A stretch of 63,494 nucleotides of DNA, the filler included, from Folioceros fuciformis (Eukaryota): NCBI GenBank assembly GCA_049999805.1. It is 6 parts of 6 records of this genome, joined end to end, with 100 filler letters (N's around TTAATTAATTAA, not from the genome) between each part and the next. Parts side by side here need not be neighbours in the genome. Positions count along the whole stretch, not along the records: positions 37,886 to 56,885 come from JBNGIO010003101.1; 5 more parts are not named here. One strand, 5' to 3'. The notes under the pieces were generated by a model. The model saw only the letters and a list, made by a program, of their open reading frames with translations. It was not told the origin of the DNA and did not search any database. Both the position numbers and the translations under genes were made by a program. Shown piece after piece: positions 37,886-50,530 of the stretch (positions are counted from its first letter, which is position 1; each line of letters begins with the position of its first letter).

Positions 37886-40284
37886 TCCTGGTCCTGGTCC
37901 TGGTCCTGGTCCTGGTCCTGGTCCTGGTCCTGATCCTGATCCTGATCCTGATCCTGGTGCGCTTCCGGTTGAGAGTCGGTGAGGGAACCCACCTTGAATT
38001 TGTGTGACTCTGCATATTTCCTGGGCTCAGGAGGAGGGGAGTCCTTCCGGGAAAATTGGACTCGACGTTGCCCTTCACGGCGCCCTTTCTTGGGAGAGGT
38101 TCGGAGAATGGAAGTTTTCTCCTGCAACAGCTTGTCGTCGACGGGTGCCTTCGGGAGCCTGTCGAAATCAGACCGTGATACCACCTTGTCGAATACTGGT
38201 TGTGACTGAACCCTGTCTGGGCGCGTGTCCCACTCTGGCATCTCCTTGTGGAGGTCGGAAATGTCGTTGAAGGAAACTACTGGGACCTCCATGGCCGTGC
38301 TGTCGTCGGGAGCTTTGTGGTCGCTCAGGCCATGGACCTTGGTAAGATCTCTGTCCCTGATGAAAGTTGAGGACCTGGTGTCTCGCGTTCGTGGGGTAGG
38401 AGGACCACGGTACTCACGGAGAGAAAGGTCCTGAGATTCTGCAGTCTCCTGGGCCTGGAGCTCGTCTTCGGATGAATCTACTGGCGCAGGAGGAGAGCTG
38501 TTTGCTCGTCGACCGTGAAGAACACCCCTAACTTTCTTAGACGACGTGTCCATAGGAGCTGAACCATTCTTCGTGCTTACGTGCTTGGTTCCATATTTCG
38601 TCTCCACGAATGGCAAGTCTCCCTTGTTTGGATCGTAGCACGGAAAATCCTCCTCAAAATATGCGCTGAACACCACAAACCAGTTGGTCTGCAAAATCGA
38701 CAGGTACTCGGATTAGCTGATGGAGGACAGACACCATGGCATGAATCATGTCATGACACACAGCCCAAACAGCTTGTTGTTACTCCATTCTGGCACTCAC
38801 AGACAACAGGACACATGGGCTACTCGACTGTGACCGCTAGAATGGTACAAGCCGAAAGGTACAAAAGCCCTCACCCTCGTTAGTTTCAGCGACGGCATCA
38901 TGTCTGACAGGGCAACTAGAGCTGTAATTCCAATGTCACACTGACATTGGGAGGATTCAAGAAAGGGAGATTGCACTGGGTGACCGGGTAAGAAGGCACA
39001 ACCTACAAGATCTACAGCATAACACCTGGCCTCCTTGGCATGCCTGTATCAAATAGGCATGGGCGGCACTTCTTCTTCTCCTCTATGTGAGTTTCTGCAT
39101 CCTCAAAGTAGGCATCATACACAACGAAAGGATTAAGATCCTGCAACAAGACAAGGAATTAGCGTGCCTGTTGCCTCTTGTGGATTGTTATCTTCAAGTT
39201 TCTTATCCTCCCATTATGTATCTCAAAACCTGCTACCGACAAGTAGCACTGTCAACACCCTGGGTACAGCTAAAGGCTTGACAATCAGCCCTTTCCTTTG
39301 CATGTCGACGCTGCCAGCCCCACAGGTTTACAAGTTGCGGGACTCCCACTTATGCAAGAACGATTGAAGTGAAAGATGAACCTGCGGCACATATCTGGAC
39401 AATCGGTAGTGCTTTTTGAGAAACGAGAGCAACTTCGAAGACGGTTTATCATACCTGCAACATGGAAACTCGTGTTTAGGTGTTTTGTACCTTCCTCAGC
39501 ACTCTGACAAGCAGTGCTGCCTTCAGTCTGGAAGGAGACAATGTGCTTCTACATTTGCTGCAGATTCTAGCGAAGCTAGAGACACCATTGCTCATCCAAA
39601 CTCAATTGCAACCAACGTCACCAGATTTTTCTCACCCTAGATTATGTGGCCGCTTCTTTTCTCTCGTCAACATCGCCTCAAACAGCTGATATCCGTGCCC
39701 CATTCTGCCATGGTGCGAGCACAATTAGGACCAAAGGACTTAGAGGGAGTTCTCTTGCTCACAAATATCTGCCTTGCCACACTCAACAGGCAAAATTCCT
39801 CTTACCTCTGGCATGATTCATGCACGTAAAAGTCCAGCACGCACAAAGGCCTTGCCTCCACCAGATGGCCAGACTCCTTTCTAATGAACAAATTCTTGTG
39901 GCCAACCTTCAGCACTCCCCTCACAAGAATGCTATCCTGCTTTTCTGCCAGACTGGATGTGGAGATATATAACCAATTCGAGCCGCGATTGATGCGTTCG
40001 AAATCTGTTATGGGCAACCGCAGCTTCTGCGCCACTGCTGAGCCAATTCCCATTTGATCAATGATATTTTTCATTTCCTCCTTTTCCCGCGGATTCAGAG
40101 TACCTATGCACGAAATTGCATCAGTGGCGAAACAAGCTGACTCTCCTCTACCAGAAACGGATCTAACGCCAAGAAGGAGATCCACAAGAAAAAGTCTCTC
40201 ACTTATTTCTCTTGGATTCCACACCGTGATACGGGCATGGCCTATTCTGCTCTTGAGCCTGGCGATGGAACACTGCACCTCCAT
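37886..40284 (-). CDS. ATAT1: Alpha-tubulin N-acetyltransferase (ATAT1/MEC-17), 3' end in gap; exons 40284-40203, 40103-39806, 39704-39636, 39454-39382, 38688-gap
   Basis: IIDQMGIGSAVAQKL..PIT, GVLKVGHKNLF, PLCVLDFYVHESCQR|MGHGYQLFEAML, GYDKPSSKLLSFLKKHY, VPQ|TNWFVVF, collinear with the MEC-17 domain. Confidence 0.93.
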
Positions 40285-40970
40285 TATCACGCAGATGGCA
40301 ACAAGGAGGCGGCCAGTAGTGCTGATAAAATTCCCTGATTCTGTTTGTGCATTGCGTGATGTCCCGCATCCAAAAGCGGTGCAAGTTCTGCCAGCTCTGA
40401 TTGCATTACTCTGTAATCTGTGGCCAGGGAAGACACGATGGTGAAGACGTGTGGATTCCAATTTTTGGACATGTTTGCTGGCCTTGCGGTTTCCCGGGAA
40501 TCCTTCAGCTGCTCGGACGTCTTCAACCGAATCTCGACCGTCAAAACCGTTCAAACCTTGATGAAATGCGGATAACAAAACCCGTCTAAGTTTTCGCCTT
40601 TATTGAACAACGTGAATACGTACAGTTTCACATGACTGAAAATTTCTGCTCGACCTTCTCTTGCTGAAGGAATCCTTGACAAACTCCAAGTAAATCCATA
40701 CATCTGCACAAGGCGCTCTCCTTCTCGCTCCGTTTTGAACACGAGGCTAAGACATAGCTTAGTATACTTGACACCGGAAGAGCCAAGGAGGATTTCTATT
40801 GTTCATGCTCAAGAATCTATTACTCTTGAAGTATAAGTCGAGATGGATTATCAAGAGAGCGAAGATCCTAAAGCTGTGGTTCGTGTCTTCTTTTGTTGTT
40901 GCTTGACATGTTTTTCCTACTACAACAACCTTTGACACAACATCAAACACAAAACACATTTAAGTAAGCA

Positions 40971-43900
40971 ATGGTTCTAAATGTACAGCCTACTCTCCAA
41001 AAAGTTGGGATCAATTCTTGGCTGAGGGCACATGGGAAAGTAGTTCGTCCTGAGCTAACAAAGAAGCAAAGGATGGAACTTCAAGAATGTTTCGATCTCA
41101 TTGACTCTGATGGTTCTGGTATGAAGTCTCACTTTGCAAATGAAGCTCTTCTTCTTATTCTTCTTTTTGGTTTTGTCAAATGTTGTCAAGAGTGATAGTA
41201 TATTATTTTGTAGCAAACAAACCTAGGAAGCACTTTGATATAATCACTTGTAGGTACAATTGATGTATCCGATCTCTTAACTGCTTTTAGTGTTCTTGGA
41301 CTTCGAGTCAAAAGATCTGAGATTGAAAGTATGCTATCCACAGCTGCTATTGATGGAACTGCAACGGTAGGTATGGACTCATTCAAGTTAGGATAGTTTG
41401 ATTGAGATGTAATTCAGCCACTCGCTCACAAATCCTATTACATTACTCATCATCTAAACATAACAAACCCACAGATTGATTACCATGAGTTTGTTCAAAT
41501 TATGACGTCCAAGATGGACATCCAATCTCAAAAATCAGAAACAGAAAGTAAGATAGTTGTACCAATTGCAGAACCTTTACATCAACATTTCATTGTATTC
41601 TTATCACTATTTCCATGCATTGCACTAACACATATTCAGCCAAACAACCATTTCCTTTTAGGCTTCTTGCACAAGCATATAGAAGAAAAAAGGTACTCTT
41701 ACTCTAAGCACCGTTTGGTGAAGTTGGTCTTCCATTAGTTTGATCTCCCTGTGAAACATCACTGCACTTCTTCAGTTGATGGAGGCTATTATGGAAGGAG
41801 ATAAACAAACCCAAGATCGACTTCAAGCAAAAGCTGATGCAGTAGAAGTTGATCGAGTTGCAGCAATTAATGCATCGGAAGCAAAGAAACAATACAAGGT
41901 TAAACACATATTATGTGATACATTGATTCTTTTAGCCCATCCAACAGTATCAGTTGTAGTGAGTATCTTCTCACTCGTTGACATGTAGAAAACAAGGTCA
42001 CGATCTCAAATAAGAAGAAGTCTGATAGGAGGTAGAGTTCTCTGTCATTGAGATGATTTCGTTCATTAATTTGTTGCACTCTTTATTGCTTTGAAATGGC
42101 TATCTTAGGGCTATTCTGATTAAGTGTATGTGCTCTGTTTCTTCATGTTTAGACCTCACATTACCCAAATATGTGATGGATAGCATGGATGAAGATGCAA
42201 AGAGAATATTATTCAATAAGAAGGGCATACATCCTTCCTTGAAGAAAATAAATGCTTCAATTGATCAGGATCCTAAAGTTTTACCACAGAACTTGTCAAA
42301 TCTTGATGGTAAACAAAACACCTTACAACAAGGAATTATCTTACCAGGTAACATAACTAAATGCGGCATTGTGATTCTCCAACTTTAAGCAATCATGCTA
42401 AGGAATAAGTTATTATTATTATTAATTTTAATTTGAAAATTTTAAAGGACTTGGAGATGTAAAGTCTATGATGACTAGCGAGAATATATTACAGCCATCC
42501 AAACAAAACTGGATTCAAAGTAAAGAAGAATTGCAACATCATCGAGAAAAGGTGAAATATTATATAGTAGTTCTACTCCCTTTTTTTTAATATTCATGCA
42601 TGCAAAGTATTTAAATCTAAGCATTTAAAGAGTAGTTACCTCTCTCTCTATTTAATCTATAGAATATAATTTTTATACAATATGATTAATTGTAATAGGA
42701 GGCCGAGGGGATTGAGTCCAAGCCTTTAGAGCCACTTGCAATTCCTAAAAAGCATTGGTCTGTAAGTAGATCACCATCGCGTAATAAGGAGGGAACCCTA
42801 ATGGGAAATGAGAAACCAGGAAAAAAGAAAAAGGTTAAGAAAGTTAACGAAACTAATAATAGTAGTGGACAAGCTTGGAGTACTAAAGCAATTAGACAAG
42901 CAAGTTTGCAAAAAAGACAATCTGTTGTCTCTGGAGTGCAACAACTTGTGAAAGAATTAGAGATAGCTCCAGACTTGAATGATCATTTTGAAGATCAGCA
43001 AGCTCTTGCTATAAAGCAAGGGGGTCCAACTAAGAAAAGTGGGGATAAGAATGAAGAGAACCCACTAAAACCTATGGAGAGTAAGAACCCAAAAGTACCT
43101 GCATTGCCTATTGTCCCCATTGTGGTAGACTTAAAAACACCTAAAGAGAGTGGGTCTGCTCAAGAAGAGGGGAAGCATGCTAGTTCTAAGACAAGAAGGG
43201 CGAGTGATGGAAGCACTCCCCTTGTTGTTGAAACCAAAGTGGGCAAGCCTTCAGTGAAGCCTACAAAAGGAGGTAGCGTGGTTAAGGTGGCTTCTGAAAC
43301 AAAAGATGAGTTGTCAGACAAAGTAAAACCCATAGTGAAAAAGGGAAGCAATGTTGCTTCTGCTGATGTAGTTGTAAAGCCACATGAGGAAGATATGGCT
43401 AGTGTGTGGCAAGAGAGTGTCAAAAGTGAAACAATCGCACCCGTCATTCAAAATAATGAAGGTGATGGGAAGGAAAACAAAGCAAATGAGGAACCTGGAA
43501 GACAAAGCATGACAAAACAAGAGGCTCAATCTATCATTATCCAAAAGAAGAAATCACAAAAATGGTGAGGGTTCATCTATTGTGTGTAGCTAGAACTTGG
43601 AAGGAAGGTTGGAATAGTCTAAGTTTACCGGTGGATACAACTATGGGAAAAGTTTGATGTAGTCTGTATTTATATAAAGGTGGAACTAATTAGTAGTTTG
43701 TTAGTTGCTTTAAGTGTGGTGACATGTTGTTGATGTATCTTCAGGTTCAAAACAAGCCCGTCTTGGAACAACAGCTCCTTAGACTCCGAGCCATCAAAAG
43801 CATCCAAAACTACAACAGACATGGACATTGGGACACAAAAGACAGGCCAGAAACGAGACAGCAAAGGACACACTCTGCCGCATCAATGAACTTAGATATG

Positions 43901-44143
43901 CGAATGCCGGCCAGGAGTGCTAGTGCAGAACCATTTTTGATCCGTTCTTCTTTGAGATTTTTGAATAGAGATAGTCACAACCAATCTCGTCCCTTTGGAA
44001 GTAATATGAGGCCTTACATGCAAACACCACTACCCATTCCTACTAGGCCTCATTCTGTGGTAGGGAATTGGGGTTCCCGCTCCTTTGGTCATGATTTTCT
44101 TTCAAAACCTCCTTCAAGGGCAGGCACCTATGCAAACCCATAA
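40971..44143 (+). CDS. Centrin/caltractin-like EF-hand protein with a long Lys/Glu-rich tail (multi-exon)
   Basis: ELTKKQRMELQECFDLIDSDGSG|TIDVSDLLTAFSVLG..., IDYHEFVQIMT, FRLLAQAYRRKK|LMEAIM; large exons 42699-43564 and 43745-44143 assigned tentatively. Confidence 0.72.
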
Positions 44144-44562
44144 CTTTGTTCGGTGTCCAAGTTGAATCTTCCTCTCAATTGGAAGGCTACACCATTTAAG
44201 TTTTCTTATAAATCGAATACGCTAGGCGGTTATGAAGACGATGTCTTTCAAAGCACTGCAAGCACGGAGAGAGACCATGGGACACTTTGGCTGGCCAGGA
44301 GACTTGTGGCCATTCTCACGTTTTGACGTTGAAGTGTCCATCCAGATTCCCCGCCAAGGGCTGGGACAAAACTGTGTCATGTGGTACTCGTCAAAGGGAG
44401 ACAGACTCTTAGCCATATATTAATGCTTACTTTACATCTTTGCAGTCCACTCCAAGACCTAGGCTGCCTGTGCGGCTAGGGTGTGGGGTCTCAGCCCATG
44501 TAAACGTCTTGGCCGAATACTCGAGGAAATTGAGGAAGGAGAAGGAAACCCCCTTCCCAAAA

Positions 44563-47256
44563 TCATCTTCGGGCCTCTGCAGTTCTGATTTTGTCGGCAG
44601 CTTCTGCAAGAAGCCTTCGAGTCTCGGCAAGCGAAAGACGGGTGGCTTCGTCAGTGGCAGCAACCGCCTCAAGAGCCATTGCGGCTTTCTCAGCTTCGGC
44701 CATGAGCAGCCTGTCCAAACGACTTACCACATTAGAAACACAATCGGAGCTTCCCCACACGGCTCCAAATACAGGAAGGAGAACAACGAAAGGTAAGGAA
44801 AGGAGTAGGGTGTAGAGTTGAGTTACACACCTGGCTCGCTCCGCCGCCTCTCGTTTTCTCAGCTCCATCATCCGCCGTCCTGCTTGGATTCTTCGTATTT
44901 TCTCCAGCTTTTCACTCGCATAAGGATCTATAAAGGTGATATGCTTGGGTGGCTCTTCTACCAATTCCTGCTTTTGCACTGGTTTTCTAGGAGGAGAGGA
45001 TGCCCTGGGAGTAGCTTTACTGTACTCCTTGGGCACGGAAGAATGCACAGGTCCCCTACTTCTCTGAGAATTACTCGTCTTTGGACTACTCGTCTTGCTG
45101 TTCACGAATTTTTGCAAACCATCCTGAACTCTCTGTCGGTACTCCTGAAACATCAGAGAACGACGCTCAGACCTGATGAAACACGCTAGTAGATAGAAGG
45201 ACAGGGATGGCACCAGGGAATGGACAGTAAGAAACGGCGTCTCACACTCACCGGATCACTCCATTTCGCCCTGATTGCCTCGGAGATTTTCTGCCTATGT
45301 TCATGCGACCCTGCAACGGCCACAACCCTTTTCGATCGCCTCTTTTCCTTGAGCGATTTCTCCTTCCTGAACTCTTTAGCCCGAGCTTTTTCCTCGGCCA
45401 ACATCTCTGCTTTTATCAGCTTGTAGCTGTCCCATTGAAGCTCACCATCTCCCACCAAACCCATTCTTGCACCTTCCGCGACACTCTCACGCCATGCAGC
45501 CACACAGGCATCTTGAGCCTTCTTTACTATCCTCTTGGCACCCCAGCTTGCTGCAATGGACGCCTTAATTTTGGCTTTCGTCTCATCACTGCACCTGGGC
45601 ATTGTACCGATGAATATCAAATAGACAAAACAGCAAAACCAGCTCATTCACTGAGACCTGGATTTGCCATCGGGAAGAGAATACAAGTTAGAAGAACGAG
45701 GCTCCTCAGCCCTCCACACTTCCCTCACTCACACACAAGAGCCCCTACACCTCAGCCAAAGACATCACAAAACAAACCGCAAGAACAATTGCCCACCTTT
45801 GATTACATGCAAACGTCCTCAGCTTCTCTCGTATCTGCAAAAATGAACAACAATGAGGGGACCACCAAACCTCCTCCACCTGCCTTCGTGAACCACTAAA
45901 ACAAAATGCCAGAACTCCCTACCTTCGGATCACCCATCGCCTCCATCGTTCTCTTCCGAATAAGAGCGATGGTTTCTGTAGCACGGAAACTCCGTCACAA
46001 ACTTTAACAGGAACAAGAGCCATACGCACAATTGGTCCCTTCCTCCCGACAATCACCCTAACTGACCTGGGGAATGTCGCCTCCCTTTGTTCCAGGGCAT
46101 CTTGCCCTTGTTAGGATGAACCTTGCCGGGAACTTTCTTTTTCTTTCCAGAGACACCATGGTCCATATCTCCAGCACGCCCAGCCTTGACACTTCTTGCA
46201 TCCGTAAGAGACCCGACACCTCCTCCTCCATCCCTAGGAGACCCAACACCTCCGCCTCCCTCGTTATCCGAAGACCCGCTCACATCAGCCACCCCAGCTT
46301 CCTCAAACGTTCCCGGCTCCACTAGCACGGGCGGCCCGTTCCGGGGATCCCAGGCGGACAGCATGATCCCCGGCAGAGTAGACGCACTTCCCTGAGTGGC
46401 CACCGCCGCTGCGTGCCGGCACACCACATGCTCCCTCAGCACGCTCCCGAGCCATGCCACTTCCGTCACGCTCCGCCCAGCCCGCAAGCCAGAAAAAGCC
46501 TGCACCCAGTGCTTTCCTCCGGCGGCTCCTGGCCCCCTTCCATGCTCATTCCTCCATCTTCCCGGCGACCGCCCTACGAGCTCCCGCCTGCAGCATGGAC
46601 CCGGCAGTGCGGCCACTGATCCCTTGGCGGAGGCAAGGAACCCCGCTGCCGGCCCGTCCAGCATCCAGAACCATTCAACTGCATAGCATGCGATTCGGTC
46701 CGGTGCACTGAGCTCAGCTCCAGCCTCATCCCCTCCTGCCAGGAACGCAAATGCCGCTCTCAGACATCCTCCGAGACTGCAATGCCCCGCCTCCCCGAGC
46801 TCCTTCGACCAATTCCAATATTCGGCAACCCGCGCCTGGCAGCAGCTCCTTGCGCCGCAATGTGGGATAAATCGTCCCCGCCGCGCAGCCCCGCAAGATT
46901 CACAGCAAGCGAATGAGCTGCAAGTGGAGACACTTGAGACGCTTGATACGATTCGATTCAAGCGTGATCGACTGGTATGTTGGCCAGGTGAGAGATGAAT
47001 CCGTGAAGGAAGAAGAAAGGCCTTGCTGCGGCCGCTTGGATGCAGCCGCGCCGTGGATGCGATCAACGGTTGAACCAGGGCCGTAGGTGTGGCGGTGCCT
47101 GCTATCCGAGTCCATACCTGGCCTCCCAGGTCCGGCTCCGTCACTGCGGTCAGGGCGGGTCCGGACCTGCGCGATAGGCTCGGGGGAAGTTGGGTAGGTG
47201 AGGCGTCTCACACAGCCAGTCGCAGCCCGTCGTGACTGTCGCTGAGACGCGGACAT
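44563..47256 (-). CDS. NUMOD3-motif plant protein (multi-exon; start tentative)
   Basis: NKGKMPWNKGRRHSP|ETIALIRKRTMEAM, SDETKAKI, ELQWDSYK, EHRQKISEAIRAKWSDP|EYR, DPYASEKLEKI. Confidence 0.8.
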
Positions 47257-47901
47257 CGGAATTCACGATTCGCGCGCTATCAAACAGGCGGGCGTGGCAG
47301 CCGAGGACCGAGGAATCCGACAGCGTCCGATACAAATTGCGGTTTCTCGGATCTGCGCCAGGAAGCCTTGGACGCAGTCGGCTTGAGTCTCGTTGTCTCA
47401 TTGTCGAACTGGCGGGATGCAGGAGTGATGGAAGACTGGTGAACTTGGTGTGAGCAGTAGTAGGTCGGGACGAGCTGTTTCCTGTGTGGTGTGCTTGTTT
47501 CTTGTTTGGCATTGTTGCTGTAAGGTGGTGAGTGTGCGAATCGTCGAGGAAATTCGCAGGACGAGGTGGATCGAAGCTGAGTTGCTCCTGCTGTGCTTGA
47601 TTGTAGTGCATTACAGGCTGGAAGTCGTGCGATTTTTTATTTTCTTCTGAGGAAGTTGTTTTTCGCCGTTTCCTTTGCTCTGTGGAAGAGTAATGCGAGG
47701 ATTCAACGGATTGTGGCTAGAGATTGGGATTGGATGGAGGGGGCGGTGAATTGCTCCATCGGATTAGTAGTGTTTCTGTGGAGCATGCACGCTTTCTTGA
47801 GAGCAGGTTACAGGGCTCAGGTTTCCGCCTGTGCGGAGTAGCAGGCCAGCACAACTTATGGACGACTGTGGTCCAGGGGTCTTAAGTGGTTGTTGCAGCG
47901 A

Positions 47902-50234
47902 ATGGCAGCATGTGTGCAGCGGTGTGCATTCTGTAAGCAGGTTGGAGTGCCACTAGAGATTGAGCATGAGCAGAAAAAGACGGCAAGGAGAGCGAAAGTC
48001 TCTTTTTTGAAAAAGGCAGAGGAGGAGGGATTATTGTCGAAGACGGGGTTGGTGTCAGTCGCACAATGCACTGCGCTGCAGGAGCGGAGAAATAATTTCA
48101 GCTTTGGTGCAGGAACTGCGGCTGAGCAGGTGAAGCATATTTGATCGGGTTCTCATGCAGTTGGCTTTGCTCTTGGCCTTGCATCTCATTAAAGCTTCAA
48201 GTTGCAGGCAGGGTTTTCTAGGAAGGGAACTTCGCCTACTCTCGACAGTGAGTGGCCATCCAGGGATGTTGCCTTGCACTCTTGGGTCCTGGCGGGGGGT
48301 GCTCGGCCGCCGCTGACTCACGAAGAAGAGGTCGCTTACTCTGCCGACGTTCAGGTTTGAGCCCTCGTGCATTTCGATATTCTGTGCTTGCCATTTTTCA
48401 TTCTGCGCGTTTGGGTCTCAGATATGTGACATTTTGCAGGATCTAGTCCAGCTTGAATCAATGAGGTTCGACCTGCAGAACGAGTTGGGACGGATACCAA
48501 GTGACAAAGAATGGGCAGACAGAGTTGGAGTTCCTATAGTTCGTCTATATGCCAGGTGACTGTGGCTTCTATGGTCTACCACAGCGTCATTAGCATTAGC
48601 TGTGGTAGTGCCAGGTCCTGTCTCCAGCTGGACGCTCCAGTCATGTTCATGTTGCCTTGTTTGCAGAATTGGAAAGGGAAGATCCGCCAAGAGGAAAATG
48701 GTCTCTGCAAACTTGCCTCTGGTAAGCTCGGTCGCTGAAAAATTTCAAGATCGAGGACTTACTCATCAGGAGCTTTGTCAGGTACGTATGGGAGGGAGTC
48801 CTCTGTTCATTGTTTCATTCCAGCTCCTGGGATCACGGACGCGGCTAGGAGGAAAGGGAAATTCCAGGTCGCGGCGGACTTACATTCACTATGCTTTTCA
48901 GGCTGGGCTAGTTGGACTTCTAAAGAGCACAGAGAGATATGATAGTTCCCGTAACACAAAGTTTTCCTCATACGCATACTTTTGGATACGTGAGGTGAGT
49001 ATTGATATTCCCCTCTGTCTCTCTGCGACATGCGTGCAAACCACTGCAGTGAGTGTGGAATACATGGATGCGCAAACGTAACGAGGGATTATTGTCCTTG
49101 AACAGCGAATGGAGGCTGCTGTGAAGAGTATCAAGCATGTTCTGAGGTTTAGCTCTCGAGTTTATGACACAGCTTCTGTCCTCCTACGGCGGCGAGATGT
49201 AGGTGGTCTGGTGGAACCTTCCGTCTACTGTGAGACGTGCGCGCAGCATGGATGGGGAAGCAGGTGCTGTTTGTTTGATGAGTCCTCCATATCACGTCAT
49301 TCTGAGTACCTCTTTCCTTCCAGAAATTCTACGACTATTATCGCAGACATCCTACCCTTGCCGAGCTCTCAGAATTGTCTAAAGTAGAGAGGCGACGGGT
49401 GAGCCCTCCTACCCTTGGTGAATGTAGTGTCCAACAGATACTGCTGCAGGAGTTTTATGACTTGCATTAGTGTTGGAGTGTGGTAGATCCAGGAGATATT
49501 CCGAATGATCAAGCCTGTCAAGTCCATTAATGCGTTCCCTGCAAACTCGAAATCCTCGGTTGGGAACGTCAGCCATCCATCTTATTGTGATGCTCCCTGG
49601 TTTGTAAGTTCTACTACCTGTCTCAAGTTCGTTAACTTCCTTAGTGCTTCAGGTGTCAAGTGCCCGAAATCTAGGTATTCCCTCTGGGTGGTTTTGCAGA
49701 TCATCAGGGAAAACGAATTGAAGCTGGAAATTGCTAGGGCATTGGAGAACCTGCAAGGTAGAGAGAAGCTGGTAGGTGGTTTCCCTGTCTTTCAGCCATC
49801 AAATGTAAAGCAGGTGAGCAACAAACTTTGACGGCGAGGTTCTGTTGCAGGTTGTCCAGATGCGTTACGGTTTCAGTGGAGAATCGCCTAAAACAAGAAA
49901 GCAGGTAACATAGACACCGAGTTGTATCCTATACGACTAGTCTCCGTCTATGCCCGAGATTGAAATCCTGTTCGTCTAAAACAGGTGGCTGAAGCACTGG
50001 GATTCCACTCTGAAACCGTCCGGCAGGCAGAGGTGAGAAAAATGACTCCCAGGTCGTCCATCAAGGAAGATGCATGACTTGCACCTTGTAAGCTGGCCAA
50101 ATCTCAGGATGTGATAGCCTAAATTTGCTGGCATTGACGCTGCGCTGCAGAGAAAAGCCCTGCAAAAGCTGCGTACGAGGAGTCTGCAAAATGGCCTGCA
50201 GCAATACCTTTCCGGAACTATGTGGGACCTATAG
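47902..50234 (+). CDS. Nuclear-encoded plastid sigma-70 factor (divergent, many short introns)
   Basis: LLTHEEEV (region 1.2), MVSANLPLVSSVAEKF, GLLKSTERYDSSRNTKFSSYAYFWIR (region 2), RRHPTLAEL (region 3), VAEALGFHSETVRQAE|RKALQKLR (region 4); transit-peptide-like N-terminus. Confidence 0.9.
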
Positions 50235-50530
50235 CCCCTCCACTAGATACTGTAGGAGGGCAGAGTGCCACTTCCTGCATTGAAAGAACGCCAAGTCAAA
50301 ACCCTAGCAGGAGTCGACCAGGTTTACGGCGAGAACACCATACCAGATGAATTCAATCGGCCAATTGGTAGCCCATATATGAAAGACGACAGAACAATAT
50401 CCTCCAGACACGTCTTAAAAGGACCCCTGTCGTCCCAACCGAAAGGAACAAGGGATCCAACCAACCACGCGAAAAACACCTTTGTCTTCTCACAAGAGAA
50501 GTGTTTAATTTGCAATCGCAAGAAATCTGG

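Noticed and set aside
30218-44143. Patched-like + ATAT1 + centrin-like as a proven contiguous cilia cluster
   Set aside because: An artificial linker at 37786-37885 separates Patched-like from the other two, so only the ATAT1/centrin-like pair is physically supported.
44563-47256. NUMOD3 as a homing endonuclease or mobile intron
   Set aside because: No GIY-YIG or HNH domain visible; matches a conserved intron-containing plant gene family.
47902-50234. Sigma-70 as bacterial contamination or recent HGT
   Set aside because: Has many spliceosomal introns and a transit-peptide-like N-terminus; a normal nuclear-encoded plastid sigma factor.
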